Assembly: GCA_964513625.1 (NCBI GenBank)
Contig: CAZENH010000007.1
Coordinates: 4,911-68,910 of the forward strand
DNA length: 64,000 nucleotides
Reading direction: 5' to 3'
Source of the DNA: an uncultured Myxococcales bacterium
GTDB taxonomy: Bacteria > Myxococcota > B64-G9
The notes beneath the pieces were generated by a model. It worked only from the letters and a program-made list of their open reading frames with translations. It was not told the origin of the DNA and made no database searches. Shown one piece after another: positions 1 through 8,182 of the stretch (the first letter of the stretch is position 1; the number at the start of each line of letters is the position of its first letter). The translations under genes and the position numbers were made by a program.

Positions 1-668
1 GCTCCCAGGTTTTTAACCAGTTGCCCGTGGATCAGTTCGTGGTTGGCCGAGGCATACTTGCCCATCAACTCCATGGCCTCCCAGTATTCCCGACCTTCCG
101 CGCGGCCCAACTCGAGCCAGGCCAGGTGGGCCAGTTCTTTGGGAAGCTCCGGATGCGTTTGCCTTGCCAGTTTGCTGAAGTGGGTAGCCACCTGGTGGCC
201 GCTACCGCGACTTCCCGAGTGGCTCAGCAGAGCCATGTATCTCCCGGCCTGAAGCCCCAGATCGTTTTTTTCAAGGGTCAGCTCGCCGAATTCGACGAAG
301 TGGTTTCCGCTGCCGCTGGTGCCCAGTTGGCTCCATGCCTTGTCTTTCAATTGCTTGGTTACTCTGCAAAACGACCAGTCTTCGTCCATGACGCCGTGTT
401 GCCGCCTGGGTTTGAACTTGGCGCCCACGCCGAAGCGGCATTCTTCCTCTATGGCTCGAGTGAAACGTTCTTGCCTGATGGAGAGATCTTCGAGTGGAAG
501 ATCCAAGATACTCATCTTCATCCGGCAGGCGATATCAACTCCCACGGCGTATGGAATCACCGCCTTGTCGACAGCCAAAACGCCCCCGATCGGCAGCCCA
601 TAGCCAAGATGCGCATCCGGCATCAAGGCGCCCTTAATCGAGATCGGTAGCCGGACAGCATTTTCCAT
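1..668 (-). CDS. rtcB: RNA-splicing ligase RtcB (N-terminal ~222 aa; 3' end beyond window edge)
   Basis: The minus-strand translation from ATG 668 reads MENAVRLPISIKGALMPDAHLGYG...AVGVDIACRM...LGTSGSGNHFVEF...SHSGSRGSGH. This aligns with the E. coli RtcB motifs (MPDVHxGKG, VGVDIGCGM, GTGNHFIE, HSGSRGIGN). A GGAGGA RBS lies about 12 nt upstream. The frame stays open to position 1. Confidence 0.8.
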   Translation of the reverse strand, partial: MENAVRLPISIKGALMPDAHLGYGLPIGGVLAVDKAVIPYAVGVDIACRMKMSILDLPLEDLSIRQERFTRAIEEECRFGVGAKFKPRRQHGVMDEDWSFCRVTKQLKDKAWSQLGTSGSGNHFVEFGELTLEKNDLGLQAGRYMALLSHSGSRGSGHQVATHFSKLARQTHPELPKELAHLAWLELGRAEGREYWEAMELMGKYASANHELIHGQLVKNLG

Positions 669-814
669 CTGCTTGATCGAACCTTCCTCCAGATCCTCGC
701 CCCACTGCCGCCAGGGTGCCGGCTGCTTCCTTTCTTTGTAGGTTGATCCCGGACGGGCCGGATCTTTGGTTTTCATTTCATTACCTCTATAAGCCAAGAT
801 CGGTTCCGCTTCAA

Positions 815-1669
815 TTACCTGCTGCCTGCGGCGTAGCAGTACGGGCAAGCGTGGTCGCATGTGCCGAACGAGCCGATGTCGCGGCTCTGGCTGCAAAGAC
901 AATGCTTGCGCTGGCCGGGATCTTTCTTCCAAGTCTTGCCCAAACCGAAAAGGTGTTCGATCAATTCTCCGTCAATACAGGCTCCCGGCGGGATGCCGAT
1001 ATCCGAAAAGCCCTGATCCTCGGCGCAGCTTTGGATCTCGATTTGGTTCTTTGCCGCGGTGCGGGCCAACTCGGCCAGCAGATCTCTTGTTTCCAGGCTC
1101 GAGTCAGCGTCAATTTTGAATTCATAACCGGCCTCACGCAGCGGGCGCAGGTTGCGGACGGTTTTTCTATAGTAATCCACCAGGCTGATCATCACCCGCC
1201 GTGTATGGGGGGCTAGACGCTCGCACAAGGCGCCAAACTTAGCAAGATGATAGGCGTGATCCGTGTTGTTGGAGATAATAATCGGATCGTATCGCCAGAT
1301 CACCCGTTCGGGACCCAGCCGCAAAGACAACTTTTCGAAGGACGCACAACGTTCGTCGAGCGACGGCAGGCCGGGTTCGAGCTCAGGCGGATAGTCGTTC
1401 AGCGTGAACTGGAAATAAAAACGCTCGCAGACGCGCTCGATTGCGCAAAGTTGGACGAAAATCGGCGCAGGGTTCTTGGTCCAGAAGACAATCGCGTCGA
1501 GATCCTCTGGCCTCAGTGATATCTTGGATATCTGTGTCTTGTTGTACGGATTGGGCAGGTTGACAAATCCCGCGTCCAGAATTCCTCTGAACCAGGCCGA
1601 ATGAAAGGCCGGCACATCTGTCCGGCGCGATGCGGATATGATCTGTGCCATTACCTTGCAGTTTCTCAT
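815..1669 (-). CDS. DUF1848-family protein with C-terminal Cys cluster (CxxxxxC..CDHACPYCY)
   Basis: The 284-aa ORF begins (M..)MAQIISASRRTDVPAFHSAWF...IVFWTKNP...FQFTLNDY...WRYDPII, the typical DUF1848 N-terminal signature as I recall it. The C-terminus ends in a cysteine-rich motif. The start could be ATG 1669 or 1651. Confidence 0.55.
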   Translation of the reverse strand: MRNCKVMAQIISASRRTDVPAFHSAWFRGILDAGFVNLPNPYNKTQISKISLRPEDLDAIVFWTKNPAPIFVQLCAIERVCERFYFQFTLNDYPPELEPGLPSLDERCASFEKLSLRLGPERVIWRYDPIIISNNTDHAYHLAKFGALCERLAPHTRRVMISLVDYYRKTVRNLRPLREAGYEFKIDADSSLETRDLLAELARTAAKNQIEIQSCAEDQGFSDIGIPPGACIDGELIEHLFGLGKTWKKDPGQRKHCLCSQSRDIGSFGTCDHACPYCYAAGSR

Positions 1670-1758
1670 ATTTCACTCGCGGACCAATGCAAATATCGAA
1701 AGAAAGGCATCACGTTCGAGTGTATGTGCTTGACCGGCGAAGAATTGTTTGAGATGGT

Positions 1759-2172
1759 TTGACCCAGAGGAACACGATGGAACATTGGATCGAGCAGATT
1801 TCGGCAGGCAGGGCCGGTTTTGTTACCGCTTACGGAATGGGCGGGGTTTTCTTCGCCCTTGTTTGCCTTTATCTTTTCACCCTGGCAATGGGCACAATGA
1901 TCAAGATCTGGCGGTTTCGCGCTCGTCATGATGAGCGCGCTTCCCGGCCCCAGGTTTCTGCCGGCGAAGCCCGGGAACGGGTTACTGCGGCAGACGAAGA
2001 AGGCGGGAAGATCGCGGCAGCCATTGCAGTCGCCTATGCCTTGCAGCTCGAAAAGAGCCGAGCCGCCTTGTGTGTCGGCAACGTGAATACCGCTGCCGGA
2101 ACCGGCACGGTCTCCGCCTGGAGAGCGGCCGGACGACTCGAACTGATGTCGCCTCCCACGCGACACGGCTAG
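1759..2172 (+). CDS. OadG-like small membrane protein (Na+-pump decarboxylase gamma-subunit family) with C-terminal extension
   Basis: It has an N-terminal TM segment GFVTAYGMGGVFFALVCLYLFTLAMG resembling the Klebsiella OadG TM. It has an Ala-rich EEGGKIAAAIAVAYAL segment resembling the OadG C-terminus. No oadA/oadB genes are adjacent. Confidence 0.4.
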   Translation: MTQRNTMEHWIEQISAGRAGFVTAYGMGGVFFALVCLYLFTLAMGTMIKIWRFRARHDERASRPQVSAGEARERVTAADEEGGKIAAAIAVAYALQLEKSRAALCVGNVNTAAGTGTVSAWRAAGRLELMSPPTRHG

Positions 2173-2293
2173 GCACTTGAGACGGCAACATCTTTACAGT
2201 TGAGTCACACCACAAACCGGGTACAGCTTCGCGAGTAATCATAATGGCGTCAGTGACAACAGTCATCGGCCTTGCCCCGCGCCTTTTGCGGGG

Positions 2294-4771
2294 TTAGGTT
2301 TGTGTTGTTTTTTTCTTGCCCTTCTCGTGCATGTCGATGAAGATTTTTACCGCCAAGGCGATCGAGACCAACTTGCTGTCCGGTGAGTCTCCACGCGAAG
2401 TAAGAACGATTGGCAGGTCACCGCACAAGATCACCCCGGCGGCGGTAGCGCCCGACTCGACGGTCAAGGTCTTGTAAAGAACATTGGCGGCGTCGATGTC
2501 CGGCATGATCAGAATATCGGCCGTGCCCCGGATGCGGCCTTGATAGTGTTTCTCTTCGGCAATGGCAGGATCGACCGCCACATCGAATGATAACGGTCCC
2601 TCCACGACACAGTCGTCACGGTCTTCGAAGTGAGAGGCGATTCGCTCGGCCTCAATGGAACTCTCTATGCCGACGTTGACTGCCTCGATAGCCGAGATTA
2701 CGGCTACCTGTGGTCTGAGGATGTCCAAACAGCGGGCCACCCGCAATGCGTTCTCGATTATCTGTACTTTCTTGGCCTCGTCCGGGTAGGGATTGACGGC
2801 GGCATCCGTGATCATCAAGAGCTTGCTCATTCGAGGCAGGTCCATCACCACCACGTGCGACAGAAGCTGTCCAGGCTGCAGCTGTCCGCTTTTCTTCAGA
2901 TACCTGAACACTCCGTGAAGCAGCTCTTCGGTCTTTACGTTGCCCTTCATCAGGATGTCCGCCCGTCCCGCCTCGAGTTGACGGATCGCTTCGGTCACGG
3001 GCGTGTCGGTGTCCACTATCGAGTAGTTGTCATCATCGATCATCAGATCGAACTCGTAGGCCATCTCGTTGATGGCCACCGAGTCTCCCACTAGCTGGAA
3101 CTTGGCAATCTTGTAACGGCCTTCCTTATTGGCTCGTTTGGCTGCCAGCAAGGCCTCCTCGTTGTCGGCCCCGACCATGCCGATTACTGGTGGAGTACGT
3201 CCGTGGACTGCGATCCGGGCGGCATCTACTAGCTCGACGGCGGAGGTTACGGGTTCGCCGGGTTTTTTGTACAACAATGGGCGTTCGAAAATAATCACGT
3301 CCAGAAGTTCGTCTTCTTGTAGTCGCCTTTTGGCCAAAGCGTCTCGTTCTGCCACGTAGTCCTTGATCGTCTCAGGCCTGTGGAAGCTTTGCACCAGACC
3401 GGCGGCCATGGCCTCATCGGCCAGCGAGCCTCCCATCCAGACCAGGGGTGGTCCGATGGCCAGACTTGCCTCTACCAAGCCAGCCAATTCCTCGAGTTGG
3501 GTCAATCCGCCGGAGATGGTGATGACACCCACAGGACCGCCGACCGACGCAAGCTCCGCGATAGCGATCGCAATCCGGTGAGCGAAGAAATCCAACAGGA
3601 TGTCCACTTTCTCGCGTTGGAGCCGGTTTGCCCCATGACGCCTGAAACCGATCAATGCGCGAAAATCATCCGTGCCCGCCAGAGAGAGAAGGCCGCCTCG
3701 TGAATAAACGGTTTCTTGCAGTTCCTTGACATTGAGATCATTGGACATCAAAGCAGACAACAATGGCGCGACAGGAATCGTTCCACAATGGTTGGGAGAA
3801 GGTATGCCCGAGAACGTGTCGATCAGGTTCTGGATGCGGCCGTCCCGATGTCGGGCTATGGAGCCTGCGCTGCCCAGGTGAGCGGTCACCGCGTCCAGGT
3901 TCTTGGGTTCCTGCTTGAGCCAGGAGGCAATCAAGCGCCAGGCGGCCTTGTGATTGAGGAAATGTGCCGCCTGTCCTGTTCGACGGATTCCGGCAATTCC
4001 TGTCAGGCGTTCGGTTATGTCCAGTTCGTCGCTAGAAAGCGGATCACTAACTACGACCAGAGCACCCGAATCGCCGCCGCAGGCCTCGGCCACTGTCAGC
4101 GCCAGGGGAATGCTCAACTCGTCGCCGGGCCGTCCACGTGTGCCGGTAAGATCGGCCGCCATCTGGGGCACCACCCGGTAGGAACCGGGCGGAACGGGTT
4201 TGAGATAGCCCGAACGAGTAGTGACACCGGCTACGGCACTGCGATCCAGCCCCCAGCGTTGCATCAGCTTAAAGACACCAGAGGCCCGCATTTCGGCCGT
4301 GTCGGGCAAGCCGGGTTGGTTGGCCACTCGATCCCGATTGCGAATTTGGGTTCCGGCAATCCAACAGACCCTTGTGGATGACTGTCCGGGATTCAACACC
4401 AGCAGGTTGACACCGGCTTCGCGGGCCTGGTCTGCCAGCCGTGCCCCGAGGAGCCTGCCCAGCAAGCGCGAGGCACCGTCTGCCTGACGCTCAATTTTCA
4501 CGCCCAGCCCCAGGGCTCGGCCCAGGAGCCGGTTAATCTCCTGCCGGCCAACCTGAGGCGTGAGCGCGTTCACCACGGCCGTTAATTCTGATAGCGCCGA
4601 AGTCACACCGAAGTTGTCAGCACCGGCGGTTCGATCTACAACCTCCTGCAGCCAGGCATCGCCGGCGCTGGCTAACTGCCCGCTGAAAGCCAGCAGGCTT
4701 GCCCGCGACTTGGCTATTTCTGAGATTGCCTCGATTACGTCGTTGCGTGCTCCCACTAGATCACCCCACAT
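2294..4771 (-). CDS. Bifunctional butyrate-kinase-like (ASKHA) / phosphate acyl(butyryl)transferase fusion (Buk-Ptb) with ~120-aa N-terminal extension
   Basis: The N-terminal half carries ASKHA kinase motifs (NLLVLNPGQSSTRV, NHCGTIPVAPLLSALM, ITISGGLTQ). The C-terminal ~300 aa is Pta/Ptb-like (GRADILMKGNVKTEELL, KLLMITDAAVNPYPD, PQVAVISAIEAVN, GPLSFDVA). It overlaps the acs stop by 11 nt. There is no SD at ATG 4771, so the start is uncertain. Confidence 0.7.
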   Translation of the reverse strand: MWGDLVGARNDVIEAISEIAKSRASLLAFSGQLASAGDAWLQEVVDRTAGADNFGVTSALSELTAVVNALTPQVGRQEINRLLGRALGLGVKIERQADGASRLLGRLLGARLADQAREAGVNLLVLNPGQSSTRVCWIAGTQIRNRDRVANQPGLPDTAEMRASGVFKLMQRWGLDRSAVAGVTTRSGYLKPVPPGSYRVVPQMAADLTGTRGRPGDELSIPLALTVAEACGGDSGALVVVSDPLSSDELDITERLTGIAGIRRTGQAAHFLNHKAAWRLIASWLKQEPKNLDAVTAHLGSAGSIARHRDGRIQNLIDTFSGIPSPNHCGTIPVAPLLSALMSNDLNVKELQETVYSRGGLLSLAGTDDFRALIGFRRHGANRLQREKVDILLDFFAHRIAIAIAELASVGGPVGVITISGGLTQLEELAGLVEASLAIGPPLVWMGGSLADEAMAAGLVQSFHRPETIKDYVAERDALAKRRLQEDELLDVIIFERPLLYKKPGEPVTSAVELVDAARIAVHGRTPPVIGMVGADNEEALLAAKRANKEGRYKIAKFQLVGDSVAINEMAYEFDLMIDDDNYSIVDTDTPVTEAIRQLEAGRADILMKGNVKTEELLHGVFRYLKKSGQLQPGQLLSHVVVMDLPRMSKLLMITDAAVNPYPDEAKKVQIIENALRVARCLDILRPQVAVISAIEAVNVGIESSIEAERIASHFEDRDDCVVEGPLSFDVAVDPAIAEEKHYQGRIRGTADILIMPDIDAANVLYKTLTVESGATAAGVILCGDLPIVLTSRGDSPDSKLVSIALAVKIFIDMHEKGKKKTTQT

Positions 4772-6725
4772 CCGGGGAAAAAAACCCGTCCAGTGCCTGC
4801 GGATTTGCTATATGACCCAGGTCTTCGTCTCCGGACAACTGGCCTGAGGCAACTCGCCTCAGCAACCTTCGGGCGGTTTTGCCTGTGGAGGTCCGTGGAA
4901 GCTCGCCCGCAAAGTAGATCCTGCGCGGAACGGCGAAGTCGCCGATGCGTTTCTCAACGGCTTCGGCAAGTTCTTCTTCAATTGTTTCACGACCTACCTT
5001 TTCCTCGGATGCGGCCAGAACGATGAAGGCTGCCAGCATCTCACCTTCGGGAGAACTGACCCCAACCACTGCGGCTTCGCCCACCTTGGGGTGAGCCTGC
5101 AAAACGGCCTCCACCTCTGAAGTGCACAGAGACAGGCCGCGGATTTTGACGATGTCTTCCCTGCGACTCATGAACCAGAAGAAACCCTCGGAGTCACGTC
5201 TGACGGCATCCGGAGTAGTAAACGCTTTTGGGATCTTCACAAAGTACATTTCCTTGTAGCGTTCCGGTTGTCCCCAGACTCCGCGCAGCATCGCCGGCCA
5301 CGAGGCCCTGAAGGCCAGGTGTCCGCCAAAGTTGGGAGAACATTCGTCTCCGGCATCCGTGTAGACAAGAGGATCCACTCCCGGCACCGGTACTCCCAAT
5401 GCCCCGCCGCGGTTCAGCCCGGCGTGTGCCCGTGTGCAAATCAGGGTCGCTCCGCTCTCGCTCTGGATCCACAGGTTGATTACCTTCTCCTGTCCGCGAG
5501 CCAGGCTGTGGCCCGCCGCCGTGTACAACCTTGGCGTGAGCACACCACCGCAAGAGGCCACGATCTCGAAACGGTTTTTAGTTTTCAGGGGTCGCTTCTC
5601 TACGTCCGCGGTCCACTCCGCAAGCCGGTCGGGCGTGGTCAGTACGGTCAGTTTGGGAAACTTCCCCAGCAAGCGATCCAGCCGCCGGGCTTGTGACAGT
5701 CTTCTGGTTGCGGCCAGAACCAGTGTGTCACCGGCCAACAGTGGGCCCCAGACCCCGTGGCTCTGCCCGGCCGCGGAGGCCATGTCGACAGCGCAGTAGT
5801 GACAGAGTGACTGCATCTTGGGTTCTGTGGACTCCGCTGTCTTCTCGAACAGGATTTCATGCGTCGTGGCGGCCTGAACCATGAAACCAGCGGTGGCCAT
5901 AACCGATCCACGGGGAATACCGGTAGTGGATCCGGCGTAAAGAATGCACAACGGATGCTCGGAGCCGACGGCGACGGTCCGGTCTTGTTCCTTGCCGGCT
6001 CCTTTGAGCAGCTCGGCATATGTCACGGCTCCCGGTGGATTCGACTGTCCCAAGCTTACCAGGATAGGACCATCGAGCTTCCCGGAAAGTTCGACAACCC
6101 GCTGGTCGTAGTCAGCTCGCCCTGAAGAACCTCCGACTGCCACTAATGACGCCCCGCACTGAGTCACAATACGGGCTACCAGATCTTCCGGGTAACGCGC
6201 CGGTACGGGCACATAAGTCAAACCAAGACGCGCTGCAGCCAGCATGAAAACGACCGCATCCGGAATGTTTGGAAGATAGAGGACAATCCTCATGCCGGCT
6301 TCCATGCCTCGCGAAACAAGGGCTCCCGAAAGGCGCAAGACTCTGGCATGCAGTTCGCTGTAGCTCAAGGTGGTAAACTTGCCGTCATCGTCCAGAAACT
6401 CAATAGCACTTCGTTTTGCAACCTGGTCGCCGAGATGCCGATCCAGGGCGTTTTGACATGCATTGAGCCGACCCTCGGAATACCACTCCACGCGCGGCAT
6501 CCGAAAATCATCGCTGACCACGGTTTTGAACGCGTCGATCCAATCAAGGCGGTCGGCCTGTACGCGCCAGTACTTCTCGCGTTCAAGCACGCTTTGACGC
6601 TGAAAGCGGATATAGTCACGAAGAGTTGACGGCGGCTTTTCTTTAAAGGATTTCAACTTGCCTCTCTCCTGCCCATGACGACAGCAAAATAACTCATCAC
6701 TGCAATAGTATCGAAGGCTATTCAA
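4761..6725 (-). CDS. AMP-forming acyl-CoA synthetase (acetyl/propionyl-CoA synthetase-like)
   Basis: The 654-aa ORF has an Acs-like N-terminus (LRDYIRFQRQSVLEREKYWRVQADRLDWIDAF) and an AMP-binding core (LYAGSTTGIPRGS). Its C-terminal domain is typical of ANL-family enzymes. Confidence 0.75.
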   Translation of the reverse strand: MNSLRYYCSDELFCCRHGQERGKLKSFKEKPPSTLRDYIRFQRQSVLEREKYWRVQADRLDWIDAFKTVVSDDFRMPRVEWYSEGRLNACQNALDRHLGDQVAKRSAIEFLDDDGKFTTLSYSELHARVLRLSGALVSRGMEAGMRIVLYLPNIPDAVVFMLAAARLGLTYVPVPARYPEDLVARIVTQCGASLVAVGGSSGRADYDQRVVELSGKLDGPILVSLGQSNPPGAVTYAELLKGAGKEQDRTVAVGSEHPLCILYAGSTTGIPRGSVMATAGFMVQAATTHEILFEKTAESTEPKMQSLCHYCAVDMASAAGQSHGVWGPLLAGDTLVLAATRRLSQARRLDRLLGKFPKLTVLTTPDRLAEWTADVEKRPLKTKNRFEIVASCGGVLTPRLYTAAGHSLARGQEKVINLWIQSESGATLICTRAHAGLNRGGALGVPVPGVDPLVYTDAGDECSPNFGGHLAFRASWPAMLRGVWGQPERYKEMYFVKIPKAFTTPDAVRRDSEGFFWFMSRREDIVKIRGLSLCTSEVEAVLQAHPKVGEAAVVGVSSPEGEMLAAFIVLAASEEKVGRETIEEELAEAVEKRIGDFAVPRRIYFAGELPRTSTGKTARRLLRRVASGQLSGDEDLGHIANPQALDGFFSPDVG

Positions 6726-6797
6726 TTTTCACAAGGGAAACGAGAAGTAAATCGATACTGCGTTCTCCGTCCCGTATATTGACTCCGCGTCAATCAC

Positions 6798-8060
6798 GTG
6801 GGAAGTTTTGCGACAATGGAAGAACAACTGACAGCCACACCCGCACCACGGGAAACGGAGAGCTTTTTCGGACGCCACAGGCTGCATCTACTCATATTCG
6901 GTGTCTCATTATGCATCTTCGCAGCCACCAGCGCCGATCGCATGTTTCGACAGTCGGCCGGCCCGCACTTTGTTTACCTGGCCGATGCGCTGTTGCACGG
7001 GCAACTCGACAACCGACTCAAGCCGCCCAACGATAATGACTGGGTCCTCTATGAGGGCAAGACTTACGTCAGCTTCCCTCCCGTCCCGGCATTGTTGATG
7101 ATGCCCGGAGTGGCCGTCTTTGGTATCGGCTTCAACGACGTCCTGTTCACCCTTCCCTTCGCGGCATTGAACGTCTTGCTGATGTTTCTGGTTCTGCAAA
7201 TGCTGGTTCGTGAAAAACTGAGCAGCATGTCTGTACGCGACAACTTGTGGCTGACTTTCTTGTTCGGCTTCGGAACGGTGAATTACTCTTGCTCGGTCAT
7301 CGGAGAAGTCTGGTTCACGGCCCAGGTGATCGGCCTTACTTTTACACTCTTGTACATCCTGTGCGCCACCAGGGCTCGGCGCCCGTTTTTAGCAGGCGTT
7401 TTCCTGGCACTGGCTTTCGACACCCGCGTCAACCTGGCCTTCACGGTCGGTTATTTTGCGCTGCAGCTTTTCATGTCTTGGAAAAAAGGCGGATGCTCAT
7501 TCAAGGATGTGGCTTGGAAATCCTTCTTGTTTGCAATACCCATTTTCGTAGTTGCGGCCGCCCAGATGTGGATGAATCAGGCCAGGTTTCATAACGTCTT
7601 CGAGTTCGGGCACAGCTATCTATCCGGCCCGGCCGGCACGCGTATCCACGAGCATGGCCTATTCGCATACCACTACCTGTGGTGGAACCTGAGTACATTC
7701 ATCTGCGGGCTACCCAAAATCCTCGACCGTTTTCCATACATCGGCTACGACCCGAACGGGATGAGTATCTTTATTACCACACCCGTGTTCGTGCGTCTGT
7801 TTTGGCCACGGGCCAAGCCTTGGATTTATCCAATCCTGTGGGCAGCAGCCGTACCGGCGCTATTGGTGCCCCTTTTCTACCAGAATTCAGGATATGTCCA
7901 GTTTGGCTATCGCTTCGCTCTCGATATAACTCCTTACCTGATAATGCTGCTTGCAGTTGGCAGGTTGCCCATGAACCGCTGGACGAAATTGCTGATCGTC
8001 GCGGGTGTCCTTGTCAACCTGGCAGGTGCCATTGCCTTCAAGCGAGCAGGTCCCGTTTGA
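6798..8060 (+). CDS. Polytopic membrane protein, putative GT-C (ArnT/PMT-like) glycosyltransferase
   Basis: The 420-aa ORF has at least 10 hydrophobic segments. An early periplasmic loop (LHGQLDNRLKPPNDNDWVLYEGKTYVSFPPVPALLMMP) resembles the GT-C first loop. Confidence 0.4.
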   Translation: MGSFATMEEQLTATPAPRETESFFGRHRLHLLIFGVSLCIFAATSADRMFRQSAGPHFVYLADALLHGQLDNRLKPPNDNDWVLYEGKTYVSFPPVPALLMMPGVAVFGIGFNDVLFTLPFAALNVLLMFLVLQMLVREKLSSMSVRDNLWLTFLFGFGTVNYSCSVIGEVWFTAQVIGLTFTLLYILCATRARRPFLAGVFLALAFDTRVNLAFTVGYFALQLFMSWKKGGCSFKDVAWKSFLFAIPIFVVAAAQMWMNQARFHNVFEFGHSYLSGPAGTRIHEHGLFAYHYLWWNLSTFICGLPKILDRFPYIGYDPNGMSIFITTPVFVRLFWPRAKPWIYPILWAAAVPALLVPLFYQNSGYVQFGYRFALDITPYLIMLLAVGRLPMNRWTKLLIVAGVLVNLAGAIAFKRAGPV

Positions 8061-8182
8061 TGTAATACTTCGAATACAATACAGAAAAAACTTATTGACT
8101 TTTCAGTAGAAGCAACTAGACTGACATGTCAGTTCAGTTGGTGGTCGCTTTCACTACACACAAACACCATGTGGAGGATGAC

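Noticed and set aside
21-650. 209-aa plus-strand ORF at the window start
   Set aside because: The opposite strand encodes a clear RtcB N-terminus with an RBS. The plus ORF has no homology-like features.
1666-2166. 166-aa minus-strand ORF overlapping the OadG-like gene
   Set aside because: It has no membrane or domain signature. The plus-strand product shows the OadG TM plus Ala-rich tail pattern, so the plus strand was preferred, at low confidence.
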